Positions 1 through 10,325 of a DNA stretch of 64,000 nucleotides are shown here, one piece after another. Both the position numbers and the translations under genes were made by a program. Every line of letters starts with the position of its first letter. Position 1 is the first letter of the stretch. Under the pieces are notes generated by a model, which saw nothing but the letters and a program-made list of their open reading frames with translations, was not told the DNA's origin and did not search any database. This stretch comes from Candidatus Saccharimonadota bacterium. GTDB taxonomy: Bacteria > Patescibacteriota > Saccharimonadia > UBA4664. Where the stretch lies: NCBI GenBank assembly GCA_019352195.1, contig JACAFG010000007.1, positions 10,046 to 74,045 of the forward strand. Direction: 5' to 3'.

Positions 1-5
1 AAAGC

Positions 6-482
6 ATGGATCTCAGCAGTCTGCTCGCCTTTTTCCAGCTCGATTTCCCCGATCAGATGGAGGAATTGCTCGCAGTCATCCGGAATTCGCATGCGCGTCC
101 CGGCACCAAGCCGTGGATAGATTTAAACGATGCAGTCGAGGCCTGGGAAAGCTCGCCGGCTCCGGTCACCACACCGGCCGACGGTCTGATAACGCGGACA
201 ATCAATATCAAGATTTGGTTCGGCCTCATCAAGGCCCAGCTCTTCGCTGATATCGGTGAACCCGTGTATGCCTACGACGAGCTCAACGACGCCGTGGCGT
301 ACATGGATACGGTCAATGCCTCAAGATCCACTGCCGGGACGTACCAACACCTGATAGGCATGGCTACGCGCCTGGTTCGCCAAGCCGGTGAGCTGGCGCG
401 CGACTCGGGCAGTGTGGCCCAAACCACCTACACCGAACCCACCAAGCGTCATCCCACTAAAACCCCAACTTCGGCAAACTAA
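6..482 (+). CDS. hypothetical protein, no family recognised
   Basis: 158-aa ORF from the track; followed by a GC-rich hairpin at 511-548. Confidence 0.35.
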   Translation: MDLSSLLAFFQLDFPDQMEELLAVIRNSHARPGTKPWIDLNDAVEAWESSPAPVTTPADGLITRTINIKIWFGLIKAQLFADIGEPVYAYDELNDAVAYMDTVNASRSTAGTYQHLIGMATRLVRQAGELARDSGSVAQTTYTEPTKRHPTKTPTSAN

Positions 483-510
483 GCTAAGGTCTGCCAAAGT
501 CAAACTCAAA

Positions 511-548
511 CGGCCGCCGGAACGATTGTTTCGGCGGCCGAGTTATTT
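511..548 (+). terminator. rho-independent terminator-like hairpin (cggccgccg / cggcggccg stem)
   Basis: 9-bp perfect inverted repeat with 13-nt loop, followed by a T-containing tail, directly after the stop of ORF 6-482. Confidence 0.45.
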
Positions 549-1045
549 GGAGTCGTCGCTAAATCTTGGTACTAATTCTGGTTCTGACGGAGCAATGACA
601 CGAAAATTTATAATTTCTATATCATGCATATCCAGACCATAAACCGTAAGATTATTACTCGGAACCACATTTCCTCCTAGTAGATTGGGGTTCAACGATG
701 AACCTGACGTCAGCCATTAACGGCCTCGGACTGAGCGTCCCCGAATTGGTCGAAGGTTACAAGGCAGATGTTATCTCAACCAAAGCCCTGCCCGGTTCGG
801 GTGCCCGGATAACCTTTGCCCAAGCTGTCTGCGGCTAGAAGCACGCGGTCGATCAGTCCAGCCCCGAGCGTTTGCACATTGGCCTGTGGTACCGACTCAC
901 GCAGGCCGCCTACTTCAACAGTTGGGGCACGCCCCGCTGGCTGAGGAGGCCTATGGCTTTATCAAGGCCTACGTGACCGACAACCACCTCGAAAGTGTCT
1001 TGCCGCCCGGTTTTCTCATCCATCTCGCGTCCAGCCGCTCCGAAC

Positions 1046-1453
1046 TCACGCTTGCGGCCCGCTAGCTGCCTCATCGACCGCCAGGACCCATGGTCCTGGC
1101 TGTCGAGTCACCTGAACAAGCGGGCGCACCGCCCCGAGGATTCCCAGCCAGAGCGGCCAGAGCCAGATAGCGATGATGCCGGGCGATACGGCAATGTCGA
1201 CGGATAGCTGGATGCACGTGGTGATAGCAACGAATGTGACCGGCAGGAGCTCATACGCATTCCGATGGTTGCTGAGCTGCTCCGAGCTGACGACCGTGAC
1301 CTTCCCTCCGGTGGCGATCATGACTGCATTGTTCTGCAGTTGCGGGTGCTCCATGATGATATGTCCCGGCAGCCACAGCACATACAGTAGTCCCACAGCG
1401 GCCACGAGCTTGACAGCGCGCCGAACGTATCTGTGACGAAAGAACGATGCCAT
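1046..1453 (-). CDS. hypothetical membrane protein; lies in a fragmented, possibly decaying region (1046-1942)
   Basis: 135-aa ORF with hydrophobic segments; upstream short ORFs (1536-1808; a 25-codon ATG-to-TAG fragment ending near 1942) are in different frames. Confidence 0.3.
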   Translation of the reverse strand: MASFFRHRYVRRAVKLVAAVGLLYVLWLPGHIIMEHPQLQNNAVMIATGGKVTVVSSEQLSNHRNAYELLPVTFVAITTCIQLSVDIAVSPGIIAIWLWPLWLGILGAVRPLVQVTRQPGPWVLAVDEAASGPQA

Positions 1454-2027
1454 GATTACTCCACGGGTCAGTTGGGCTTGAGAGGAGTGGTGCGACGGCG
1501 CTTGCGGTTAGTTTTGGTTATGATCACAGCGGAGATCACAATGACGGCAACCACGATCCATAAGTCACGGGTGGCGTACAAAAGCCCAGGGCAATTTCAG
1601 CACCAACAGCGGTCCACTGGATTAGATGAGTGAAAGCAATCGCGAGCCACTCGAAAAAGTCCCATCCGGATAAGCTGATGTTGTCAGGCAAGCGCAGCAT
1701 TGGTATCGGCGGGTTGCCATGATAAAGCAGGTCGAGGGCACTTTGGACATTTTGCTTCAACACAATCACTAGCAGGTCGGCGAGACTAGGGTTATTGTTT
1801 TGAAGCACCGGGTGATCGGCTTGAAACCTGGCGCTGTTGAGAATGAGGTGACCGGGCAGCCACTACACACAGGCGAGCGCGCAGTAGCCGACGATCTTGG
1901 TCGTAATCTGGACATACTTGTTGCGAAAGAGCGATACCATGATGACTCCGGGGCGTATAGGATGATTTGGTTAACTTATTAATACTATATTTAGTAGCAT
2001 AAGTCAATATAATATAGATGAATTTGC

Positions 2028-2056
2028 TTGACCGTCAGCCTCAAAACAGGTATATT
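2028..2056 (+). promoter_or_regulatory. sigma70-like promoter (TTGACC - 17 nt - TATATT) for rplJ-rplL
   Basis: -35 TTGACC at 2028-2033, 17-nt spacer, -10 TATATT at 2051-2056, about 150 nt upstream of rplJ. Confidence 0.5.
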
Positions 2057-2059
2057 ATC

Positions 2060-2205
2060 TAGGTTCACCGAAGACAGGAGCAGCCGTAACAGGCTTAATT
2101 TGCTCCCGAGGCGCAATTCGTAGATCAGCTAGAACATTCTAGCCAGATATCCGAACTCTGCCTCTGGTGTAACGCCAGAGTTTTTTAAAACTAAGGATGT
2201 GACAT
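2060..2205 (+). promoter_or_regulatory. rplJ leader region (possible L10 autoregulatory leader RNA)
   Basis: about 145-nt untranslated leader between promoter and rplJ start; leader autoregulation is typical for the L10-L7/L12 operon; structure not verified. Confidence 0.3.
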
Positions 2206-2739
2206 ATGGCCATCACACGAGATGCCAAGGAAAAGGTAGTAGCCAAGCTATCAACCGACCTCGGCCGTATCAAATTGGCTGTCATGACCGACTACCGCGG
2301 CCTCACTGTTAGTGAGGTGGAAGAGCTCCGTTCCAACTTGCGTGCCGAAGATATTAGCTACCGAGTGACCAAAAACACTCTATTGCGCCTCGCTGTCAGC
2401 GAGAACGAAGTCCTCAAGGGCGTAGATGTTACTGCGTTTAACGGACCAATGGCCTTAGCCATGGGTTTTGACGACGAAGTAGCGCCTGCCCGGGTAATCT
2501 TCCAATACGCCAAAACGCATAACGCGCTTGAGATCGTGGGTGCCATCACCGGCGAAGGACAATTGTTGTCCGCTGCCGACGTGAAGGCGCTTGCTACGCT
2601 CCCAACCCGCGAGCAGCTGCTTGGCCAGGTTGTTGGTACTATCGCCGCTCCGCTTACCGGATTTGTCGGTGTCTTGTCAGCTAACGTTCGTTCCATCATC
2701 AACGTCCTCAATGCTCTTAGCGAAGCTAAGGCTGAGTAA
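2206..2739 (+). CDS. rplJ: 50S ribosomal protein L10
   Basis: 177 aa; typical L10 sequence (AITRDAKEKVV...); immediately upstream of L7/L12. Confidence 0.95.
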   Translation: MAITRDAKEKVVAKLSTDLGRIKLAVMTDYRGLTVSEVEELRSNLRAEDISYRVTKNTLLRLAVSENEVLKGVDVTAFNGPMALAMGFDDEVAPARVIFQYAKTHNALEIVGAITGEGQLLSAADVKALATLPTREQLLGQVVGTIAAPLTGFVGVLSANVRSIINVLNALSEAKAE

Positions 2740-2788
2740 CACTGCATTCGGCGCCACGCCGCAATGTATTAAATAGGAAACCATTCAA

Positions 2789-3211
2789 ATGGCAGACGAA
2801 ACTACGGTAGAAACTACCGAAGAAAAGTTCGAAGTTCCCGCAAAGTTTGAGAAGCTCGTCGGCGAGATCGACAAGCTCAGCGTACTCGAGCTCAGCGAGC
2901 TCGTTAAGACGCTTGAGAAGCACTACGGCGTAAGCGCAGCTGCTCCGGCCGCTGCCGCTGCACCTGCCGCTGGTGGTGAAGCCGCCGCTGTTGAAGAGAA
3001 GACCACCTTTACGGTTGTCCTCGCCTCAGCCGGTGAAGCTAAGATCAACGTCATTAAGGCCGTACGCGAGATCACTGGTCTCGGTTTGGCTGAGTCCAAG
3101 GCTCTCGTTGATGGCGCCCCTAAGCCCGTTAAAGAGAACGTTTCTAAGGCTGACGCCGACGAAGCTAAGGCCAAGCTCGAAGCTGCCGGCGCTACCGTCG
3201 AAATGCAGTAA
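2789..3211 (+). CDS. rplL: 50S ribosomal protein L7/L12
   Basis: 140 aa; Ala-rich hinge ([22 protein letters not shown]); C-terminal domain [27 protein letters not shown] is the canonical L7/L12 motif. Confidence 0.95.
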   Translation: MADETTVETTEEKFEVPAKFEKLVGEIDKLSVLELSELVKTLEKHYGVSAAAPAAAAAPAAGGEAAAVEEKTTFTVVLASAGEAKINVIKAVREITGLGLAESKALVDGAPKPVKENVSKADADEAKAKLEAAGATVEMQ

Positions 3212-3225
3212 CAGCCAAGCTGTCT

Positions 3226-3256
3226 TAAAAAGAACCCCTCGCGGGGTTCTTTTTAG
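3226..3256 (+). terminator. rho-independent terminator after rplL
   Basis: agaacccc-tcgc-ggggttct hairpin followed by TTTTT. Confidence 0.7.
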
Positions 3257-3454
3257 TTTGGCTGGCTAAGATATTTGCGGCGCAGCTAAGTTATTGCGGC
3301 CAAACGCGACCTGGCCGCAACCGCTTGGTTCCACATTACATTTAAAGAAACAGTAACGAGGTGCAAAAAAACAGCGCCAGGGTGACAATATTTTTGACAT
3401 ATTAGCCTTTGCCGTGGTATCAATAAGCCAGTTTAGTGGAAAAAACCAAAGGAT

Positions 3455-3979
3455 GTGGTGGTGGCAGAAATCAATGACAAACAGCTTAAAACGCTGAAGA
3501 AACTTATCGAAACGGCGGAAACAAACCTCGCCGGCGCCAAGGAATTACTCGTAAGCCTGCTCGGATCCGACGACACTGTCTCGGTTTCCCATACAGCTCG
3601 CGACGTAGATGCCAATGGCAAAGTCGTCGAAGGCAACTTTGACGGCCAAACGATGACCGGCCCCGATGGCAAAAGCTATCCGGTGCCCGCCAACTATGCG
3701 TCCAAGAGCAAGCTCGTGCAGGGCGACCTCCTCAAACTCATCATTGGCGACGACGGTAGCTTTATCTATAAGCAGATCGGCCCGGTCGAGCGTAAAAAAC
3801 TCATCGGTACGCTTGGGCTCAAAGACGGAGCCTACTTTGTAGAAGCCAAAGGCGTGGAATACCACGTATTATTTGCCAGCGTAACGTACTTCAAAGCCCA
3901 GCCCGGCGACCAAGTTACTATGGTGATCCCCGAAGAGGGTGACGCCGAGTGGGCCGCCATTGAAGCGGTTATCGGGTGA
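3455..3979 (+). CDS. hypothetical protein
   Basis: 174-aa ORF; putative promoter TTGACA-18-TATCAA at about 3395-3425; no family recognised. Confidence 0.5.
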   Translation: MVVAEINDKQLKTLKKLIETAETNLAGAKELLVSLLGSDDTVSVSHTARDVDANGKVVEGNFDGQTMTGPDGKSYPVPANYASKSKLVQGDLLKLIIGDDGSFIYKQIGPVERKKLIGTLGLKDGAYFVEAKGVEYHVLFASVTYFKAQPGDQVTMVIPEEGDAEWAAIEAVIG

Positions 3980-4011
3980 CCGCAGTACCGCGTTCTTGGA
4001 GAGAATAGATC

Positions 4012-4542
4012 ATGCTCACGTTTATCACGGGCAACGTCGGTAAACTCAAAGAGGCGCAAGCCGTAATCCCTGAATTGGTCGGGCTTGATCTCGCGCTCAT
4101 CGAAATCCAGTCTCTCGATTCCAAAGCGGTTATCGCGGCAAAACTTGATGAAGCGGCGGCCAAGCACGAGGGCGAGTTTATCGTTGAAGACACGTCGCTT
4201 AGCTTTGTGGCCGGTAACGGTTTGCCTGGGCCGCTCATTAAGTGGTTCGGTAAATCAATTGGCTTTGAGCATTTACCTCATATCGGCGAAGCCCTGGGTA
4301 GCAATGCTGCCGTCGCCCAGGTCTGGATTGGTTATCGCCATAGCTCCGGCGAAACAACGTTTTACGAAGGTAGGATTGATGGACAAATTGTGCCCCCTCG
4401 CGGCACTAATGGCTTTGGCTGGGACGATGTTTTTCAGCCGGATGGCTACGATCTAGCATTCGCCGAAATGTCGGATGATATCAAAAATAGCTTGAGTATG
4501 CGCCGCCTGGCTTTTGAGCAGCTCAAAGCCAACCTAGCCTAG
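4012..4542 (+). CDS. non-canonical purine NTP pyrophosphatase (Ham1/RdgB/ITPase family)
   Basis: 176 aa; N-terminal [13 protein letters not shown] motif typical of Ham1/RdgB. Confidence 0.75.
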   Translation: MLTFITGNVGKLKEAQAVIPELVGLDLALIEIQSLDSKAVIAAKLDEAAAKHEGEFIVEDTSLSFVAGNGLPGPLIKWFGKSIGFEHLPHIGEALGSNAAVAQVWIGYRHSSGETTFYEGRIDGQIVPPRGTNGFGWDDVFQPDGYDLAFAEMSDDIKNSLSMRRLAFEQLKANLA

Positions 4543-4605
4543 CTCTTTACCCTATTATCATCACGTCGTATCAGATATAATTACTTGGTAATAGGTGGGT
4601 GAGAG

Positions 4606-6117
4606 TTGGCCGAACAAGCGCTCTATCGTAAGTATCGCAGCGCCGATTTTTCCCAGGTACTTGGGCAGGATCATATTGTCACAACGCTCGTTTCGGCTAT
4701 CGCCAACGATCGATTGAGCCATGCCTATTTGTTTACCGGCCCCCGCGGTACTGGTAAGACTTCTGTCGCACGGCTACTGGCCCGCGCGCTTAACTGCACC
4801 GGTACTGGCATGCGCCCCTGTAACGAATGCGCTAACTGCAAAGCCATTATCAACTCATCTCTGGACGTAGTTGAAATTGATGCCGCCAGCAATCGCTCCA
4901 TCGACTCGATTCGCGATTTGCGTGAGAAAGTGGCTTTAGCGCCGGCTATCGGGCGTCATAAGATTTATATTATCGACGAAGTTCACATGCTCACCTCTGA
5001 AGCTTTTAACGCCCTGCTAAAAACGCTCGAAGAGCCGCCAGCTCACGCTGTTTTCATTTTGGCGACCACCGAAGCGCACAAAGTGCCTGAAACGATAATT
5101 TCACGCACCCAACGCTTTAGCTTTCGCCCCATTCCAACCCCAGAAATCGTCAAACATCTCGTCGATATTGCTGCCGGCGAAAAAGTAGAGGTAGAACCTG
5201 CAGCCCTGGAGCTCATTGCGGTGGGCGCCCGCGGCGGGTTCCGTGACGCCATTTCTGCCTTCGACCAAGTCGCTTCAAGCGGCCAGCGGCCAGTGACCGT
5301 GGAGGTAGTACGGACCCTGCTCGGTTACAGCGACGGTGAACTTATTGGAACCGTCAGCCGCGCCATTGCCACAAGTGACGCCCGCGCGGCCGTGGTCGGT
5401 TTAGCAGATCTCGTAGCTGGCGGGGCTCAGCCGGGGCAGCTGGCCATCCAGCTCATCGAGCAATGGCGCGCTATTATGCTAGCCGCTACGGGGGCCTCTG
5501 AGCCAACGCCGGGCGTAGTAGCTGAACTGGCTGCCATTGTAAGTCCGGCCCGCGCTGCCATGGTTGTAGCCGGTCTTATCGACGCCACGCGTTCGGGCTC
5601 GCCACGTGAGGCGCTGGAAGCGGCGGTCGTGTTATTGTCGTCGGCTTCGGACGCGGCCGCTCCTTTGGCAGCACCTGCACCCGTAGCTGCCGTTGCCAAG
5701 CCAGCTGCCAAAACGGCGCCGGTTAGCCCCTCAGCAGCGCCATCAGCCGCCAACGAACCGCCGTCCCAACCCGACCTCAACGCCGCAACCGATGCCGAGC
5801 GCTGGCCCAAGGTGGTAATGCTCATCAAGCAAAAGCACAACTCGCTGGCGGCCCTGCTTGCTATGTATCCCATTGAAGTCTCGGGTGGCGCTATTGTTAT
5901 TAAATCGCGCTTCAATTTTCATCGCGACTTGTTCATGAAGTCGCAAAATCGCTCCGCCATAGAGGCTATTGTTGAAAAAGTCTACGGCCGAGCTATGCCA
6001 GTAACGGCCGTCACTGAAGAAGGCCCAGTAAAGGCCGCTCCTCGTGCCCAAGTTGACAGCTCGGCCGAACTCATAAGTTCGGCGCTCGAAATTCTCGGCG
6101 GCGAGGTGGTCGAATAA
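4606..6117 (+). CDS. dnaX: DNA polymerase III subunit gamma/tau
   Basis: 503 aa; AAA+ N-terminus (HAYLFTGPRGTGKTSVARLLARALNC), Zn-finger Cys cluster, Ala/Pro-rich linker. Confidence 0.9.
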   Translation: MAEQALYRKYRSADFSQVLGQDHIVTTLVSAIANDRLSHAYLFTGPRGTGKTSVARLLARALNCTGTGMRPCNECANCKAIINSSLDVVEIDAASNRSIDSIRDLREKVALAPAIGRHKIYIIDEVHMLTSEAFNALLKTLEEPPAHAVFILATTEAHKVPETIISRTQRFSFRPIPTPEIVKHLVDIAAGEKVEVEPAALELIAVGARGGFRDAISAFDQVASSGQRPVTVEVVRTLLGYSDGELIGTVSRAIATSDARAAVVGLADLVAGGAQPGQLAIQLIEQWRAIMLAATGASEPTPGVVAELAAIVSPARAAMVVAGLIDATRSGSPREALEAAVVLLSSASDAAAPLAAPAPVAAVAKPAAKTAPVSPSAAPSAANEPPSQPDLNAATDAERWPKVVMLIKQKHNSLAALLAMYPIEVSGGAIVIKSRFNFHRDLFMKSQNRSAIEAIVEKVYGRAMPVTAVTEEGPVKAAPRAQVDSSAELISSALEILGGEVVE

Positions 6118-7517
6118 TGGATCAATCCGGGCGCAACCAGCGTTCCAATAATTCCCGGGCCGGCATTGGTCCCATTGAGTTGGCGCCTGGTGTTTCGGGT
6201 AAAGTGCCGCCTCAAAACGTTGAAGCTGAAGCGAGCTTGCTTGGCTCAATCCTCATCGATAAAGATGCCATCATCAAGATAGCCGACCAAGTAACTGCCG
6301 ACGACTTTTATACCGAGCGCCACGCTCTGATATATTCGGCCATCGTCGATTTATACGAAAAGCGCGAACCGCTCGACCTCCTAACCTTATCCAACAAACT
6401 GCGGGAAGTGGGTGAGCTTGAGCACGTTGGCGGCTCAGTCTATCTAGCCGACCTGACTGGTGGCGTGCCAACAGCTGCGCACGTTGAAGAATACGCCAAG
6501 ATTGTTTCGCACAAAGCTACCTTACGCCGGCTGATTGGCGCCTCATCGGCCATCACCAATCTCGGTTATGACGAGACCACCCCGCTCGAAGATTTGCTTG
6601 ATAAAGCCGAACAGACGGTCTTTGATGTATCGCAAAAAAACCTCAAACAAAACTTTATTCCCATCAACTCCATTTTGGCGGAGTCATTTGAGCGTCTCAA
6701 CGAACTGAACTCCACCAAAGGTAAACTGCGTGGTATCCCAACCGGTTTTCGCGATATGGATAAAATGCTCGCTGGTCTTCAGCCATCCGATCTGTTTATT
6801 CTAGCTGCCCGTCCCTCCATGGGTAAGACGACGCTCGTCATGAACCTGGCCCACCACGTCGCCGCGCGTGAAGGTATTCCCGTCGGCTTCTTTTCACTCG
6901 AAGTGAGTAAGGAGCAGCTGATCGACCAGCTGCTCGCCATCGAGTCTGGCGTCGATTCGTGGAAACTGCGTACGGGCGCTCTTGATGACGATGATTTTCC
7001 CAAGATTGCCGAAGCTATGGCCCAGCTAAGTGAGGCGCCGCTCTTTATCGATGACTCGGCTACCACCAATGTCATGGAAATGCGTACCAAGGCTCGACGG
7101 CTCCAGAGCGAACACGGCCTTGGCCTGGTCATTATCGACTACCTCCAACTAATTTCTGGTGGCGGACGCACCAACGAAGGTCGACAACAAGAGGTCAGCG
7201 AAATTTCGCGTGGACTTAAAGGTTTGGCTCGTGAACTCAACGTACCGGTTATTGCGCTTAGTCAGCTCTCACGTGCCGTTGAATCTCGCGATGATAAACG
7301 CCCGATGCTCTCAGACCTACGAGATTCGGGTTCAATCGAGCAAGACGCCGATGTGGTAGGTTTTATCTACCGTCCTTGGTATTACGATAAAGAAGCCGAC
7401 GAGAACATTACCGAGATTCTCATCCGCAAACACCGTAACGGCCCGATTGGGGATGTTGAACTCTACTTCAACGCCGCTCAGCGCAAGTTTACCGACCTTG
7501 ATCGATTCCACGGCTAG
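6117..7517 (+). CDS. dnaB: replicative DNA helicase DnaB
   Basis: 466 aa; Walker A ARPSMGKTT and DnaB C-terminal motifs; start overlaps dnaX stop. Confidence 0.92.
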   Translation: MDQSGRNQRSNNSRAGIGPIELAPGVSGKVPPQNVEAEASLLGSILIDKDAIIKIADQVTADDFYTERHALIYSAIVDLYEKREPLDLLTLSNKLREVGELEHVGGSVYLADLTGGVPTAAHVEEYAKIVSHKATLRRLIGASSAITNLGYDETTPLEDLLDKAEQTVFDVSQKNLKQNFIPINSILAESFERLNELNSTKGKLRGIPTGFRDMDKMLAGLQPSDLFILAARPSMGKTTLVMNLAHHVAAREGIPVGFFSLEVSKEQLIDQLLAIESGVDSWKLRTGALDDDDFPKIAEAMAQLSEAPLFIDDSATTNVMEMRTKARRLQSEHGLGLVIIDYLQLISGGGRTNEGRQQEVSEISRGLKGLARELNVPVIALSQLSRAVESRDDKRPMLSDLRDSGSIEQDADVVGFIYRPWYYDKEADENITEILIRKHRNGPIGDVELYFNAAQRKFTDLDRFHG

Positions 7518-7541
7518 CCCGGGTTTGCTTTACGGCTAGCC

Positions 7542-8051
7542 GTGATTCGGTTATGCTTTAAGTCAATGGTGGACGCAAAACATCAGAGTAGCCCGTCAAA
7601 CCAACGCCGCCTGGCGCGTGTCGGTAAATTTGGCGCGGTCGGCATTATTAATACCATTATCGACTTTGGGATTTATAATGTCTTGGCCGGAGTGTTTGGT
7701 TTTCATATCTTGGTGGCTAATGCCATCTCTACCACCGTTGCGATGGTTTTTAGTTTTTTTGCCAACCGCAACGTGGTGTTCGAATCCAAAGATGGATCAA
7801 AATCGCGCCAAGCGCTACTGTTTGTATTGGTAACAGCCTTTGGCTTGTACATCTTGCAGCTGGGTACGCTGCATTTGCTGACAACCGTTTGGCTCGGACC
7901 GGTCAACCTAGCCACCTCGATTGTTCATAGTTTGGGTCTTAGCAGCACGTTTTCGGACACCTTTGTGCGCAATAATGCGGCCAAAGTCGCGGCCACAGTT
8001 ATTAGCTTAATTTGGAACTACATAATGTATAAACGGGTGGTATTTAAGTAA
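7542..8051 (+). CDS. GtrA-family membrane protein (polysaccharide-synthesis associated)
   Basis: 169 aa; four TM helices, typical GtrA-like sequence GAVGIINTIIDFGIYNVL. Confidence 0.7.
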   Translation: MIRLCFKSMVDAKHQSSPSNQRRLARVGKFGAVGIINTIIDFGIYNVLAGVFGFHILVANAISTTVAMVFSFFANRNVVFESKDGSKSRQALLFVLVTAFGLYILQLGTLHLLTTVWLGPVNLATSIVHSLGLSSTFSDTFVRNNAAKVAATVISLIWNYIMYKRVVFK

Positions 8052-9574
8052 TGGCTATCAAGTTGACCGCACCAAGGCTCATGCGCCGCTGGCCCACTAC
8101 TGTTGGCCTTATCGGCGTAGCCGTGGTCGCAGCATTTTTCCGTCTGTGGCATCTTGATACATTACCGCCAGGATTATCTGGTGGGGAAGCAGCTATTGGC
8201 TTATCGGCCCTCGCCCTCGTCCACCATGGAACGTGGCCCATGCTCACCGCCAGCGATGGCTACGCTCCATTGTGGACGCTGTTGCAAGCAACAGCGGTGG
8301 CAATCTTTGGGCACACGGCGCTTGCTCTACGGATCTGGCCGGCTATTGTGGGTTTTGCTGCGGTCGGGGCAGTGTGGCTACTCGCCAAAGATTGGTTTGG
8401 GACACGCGTGGCGTGGGTGTCGGCCGTTATCATGGCCGTGAACCCCTGGGCCGTTACGCTTAGCCGCAGCGCTGGACCGGCCGTTTTAGCGACATTCCTC
8501 GTACCAATCACGCTTTGGGTGTCAGCCCGTGCAGCCACGCGTAATCAACCAACCTGGTGGTTATTGTCAGCTGCCCTACTCGTCATTAATCTCTTCGCGG
8601 GACCGCTGGGCTGGGTAACCGCCTTGGCCGTTGGGGTTTTGGCTGTGGTCACGCTCATTACCCGCCAACCAACGTTCGGCAGCCCGGTCAGCTGGATTGC
8701 GCTAGCCGTCGCCGGCATTGCGAGCTTGGCGACTCTCGGGACGCTCATTTTTGAGCACCGCCAAGTGAGCGATCTGATTACGGCCGCCCAGGCCTCTAGC
8801 AAACTGGCGACGCTTGTCACCACTTTTGGCAAGGTTGCGGGTATGTTCAACCTGCACGGTGATGACAACTTTTTGCACAACTTTAATGGGGAGCCAATGT
8901 TCAATGCCTTTGTCGGGCTCATGTTTGTAGCCGGCCTGTTAGTAGCCCTTACCAAGCTACCGAAGCGTCGATATTTGGCTACCTTGGTGGCCTTCGTAAT
9001 CTTGATGCTACCAGCCTTAGCGAGCCCACTGGGCTCTCCTAACGCTGCTCACGCGGCCGCGGCTTTGCCAATCGCAGTCATCCTGGCTGGAGTCGGGGTT
9101 GGCTACATGCTCGAATTGTGGCACGCTACATTTCCTATTAATTCCGCCGCCCGCTCGACGGGCTTGGCAGCCATTTTGCTCTTACTGGCGTTAACAGTAT
9201 TTCAGGGCTACATTCAGATCTTCCGCGCGTGGTCTGGTTCAGCCCAAACGTACACCGCCTTCAATGAAGCGGCCGTCGCGGCATCCAAGTATTTAGCCTC
9301 GTCTCACGGCGCAAATAAAATTTTGGTAGCTTCAACCGATGAACAAACCGTCGTAGCATACCTTAGCTATGGTCAAACCTATCAGGCGATGAATGCTGCG
9401 GGAGTAATTGCCCTCCCGGTATCGACGGCCGGTCACCAATTTATTATCACGGCGACAGTGCGAGATGAGACCGCCCGAAACTTGGCCGCCAAGTTTGCTG
9501 GCGGCAAATTAGCGCCGCACTACTCAAGCTTTAGCCAAAACGAACTCTATTACGATTACGAGACCACTCAGTGA
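8051..9574 (+). CDS. GT-C-fold membrane glycosyltransferase (ArnT/PMT, GT39-like)
   Basis: 507-aa polytopic membrane protein, translationally coupled to GtrA-like and GT2 genes. Confidence 0.6.
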   Translation: MAIKLTAPRLMRRWPTTVGLIGVAVVAAFFRLWHLDTLPPGLSGGEAAIGLSALALVHHGTWPMLTASDGYAPLWTLLQATAVAIFGHTALALRIWPAIVGFAAVGAVWLLAKDWFGTRVAWVSAVIMAVNPWAVTLSRSAGPAVLATFLVPITLWVSARAATRNQPTWWLLSAALLVINLFAGPLGWVTALAVGVLAVVTLITRQPTFGSPVSWIALAVAGIASLATLGTLIFEHRQVSDLITAAQASSKLATLVTTFGKVAGMFNLHGDDNFLHNFNGEPMFNAFVGLMFVAGLLVALTKLPKRRYLATLVAFVILMLPALASPLGSPNAAHAAAALPIAVILAGVGVGYMLELWHATFPINSAARSTGLAAILLLLALTVFQGYIQIFRAWSGSAQTYTAFNEAAVAASKYLASSHGANKILVASTDEQTVVAYLSYGQTYQAMNAAGVIALPVSTAGHQFIITATVRDETARNLAAKFAGGKLAPHYSSFSQNELYYDYETTQ

Positions 9575-10314
9575 CACCCGCTCAGTTCGATTTGTCGATC
9601 GTCATTCCGGCCTACATGGAGGCGGCCCTAATTACGGCTTCACTCACTCAGCTCGCCGATTGGCTGCGCACCCATGATTACGGGCAAGTGGAAGTCATTG
9701 TTGTCGTGGCGGATAGCGACGATGGCACAGCCAAGCTGGCCGAAGCCATGGCGCCCCAATTTACCTCGCTCAGGGTCGTTAAGCCCGGTCCGCGCGTTGG
9801 CAAAGGCCGCGACGTCCGCTTTGGTATGCTTGCAGCCACTGGTCGCTATCGCTTATACATGGACGCCGATCTAGCAACACCGTTACGCCATCTTGACGAT
9901 GTGGCTGCTGGCGCCGCCGCAGGGGACGACATTATTATTGCGGTTCGCGATTTGTGGAGTATCCATAAGGGCTTACTGCGTAAGCTAATTTCAAAACTAG
10001 GCAATGTTGTTGCTCAAATCGTAGTCGTGCCTGGCATTCCCGATACGCAATGCGGCTTCAAGGCCTTTCGGGGCGATGTCGCGACCGATGTTTTTCGCCG
10101 TCAAACGATGATGGGTTGGAGCTTTGACGCCGAGCTCCTAGCCATTGCGCGTCGGCACCGGTATAACATCACCACGTTTAAGGCTCCCAACTGGACCGAT
10201 CCGAAAGACGGCAACATGGGCCTGGTCGGTGACTCACCGCTGCACGCTGCCGTTTCAACTTTTTGGGATTTACTCGTTATTCGTGCTGGTTTGTGGACCG
10301 GGAGTTACCGCTAA
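9571..10314 (+). CDS. family 2 glycosyltransferase (dolichyl/polyprenyl-phosphate sugar synthase-like)
   Basis: 247 aa; SIVIPAY...DGT...YMDADL (DxD) GT-A motifs. Confidence 0.8.
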   Translation: MTPAQFDLSIVIPAYMEAALITASLTQLADWLRTHDYGQVEVIVVVADSDDGTAKLAEAMAPQFTSLRVVKPGPRVGKGRDVRFGMLAATGRYRLYMDADLATPLRHLDDVAAGAAAGDDIIIAVRDLWSIHKGLLRKLISKLGNVVAQIVVVPGIPDTQCGFKAFRGDVATDVFRRQTMMGWSFDAELLAIARRHRYNITTFKAPNWTDPKDGNMGLVGDSPLHAAVSTFWDLLVIRAGLWTGSYR

Positions 10315-10325
10315 CAGCTCTGCCC

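Noticed and set aside
5427-6249. Minus-strand ORFs (162 aa, 168 aa, 77 aa) inside dnaX/dnaB
   Set aside because: Antisense to two confidently identified essential genes; Ala/Gly-rich artefacts.
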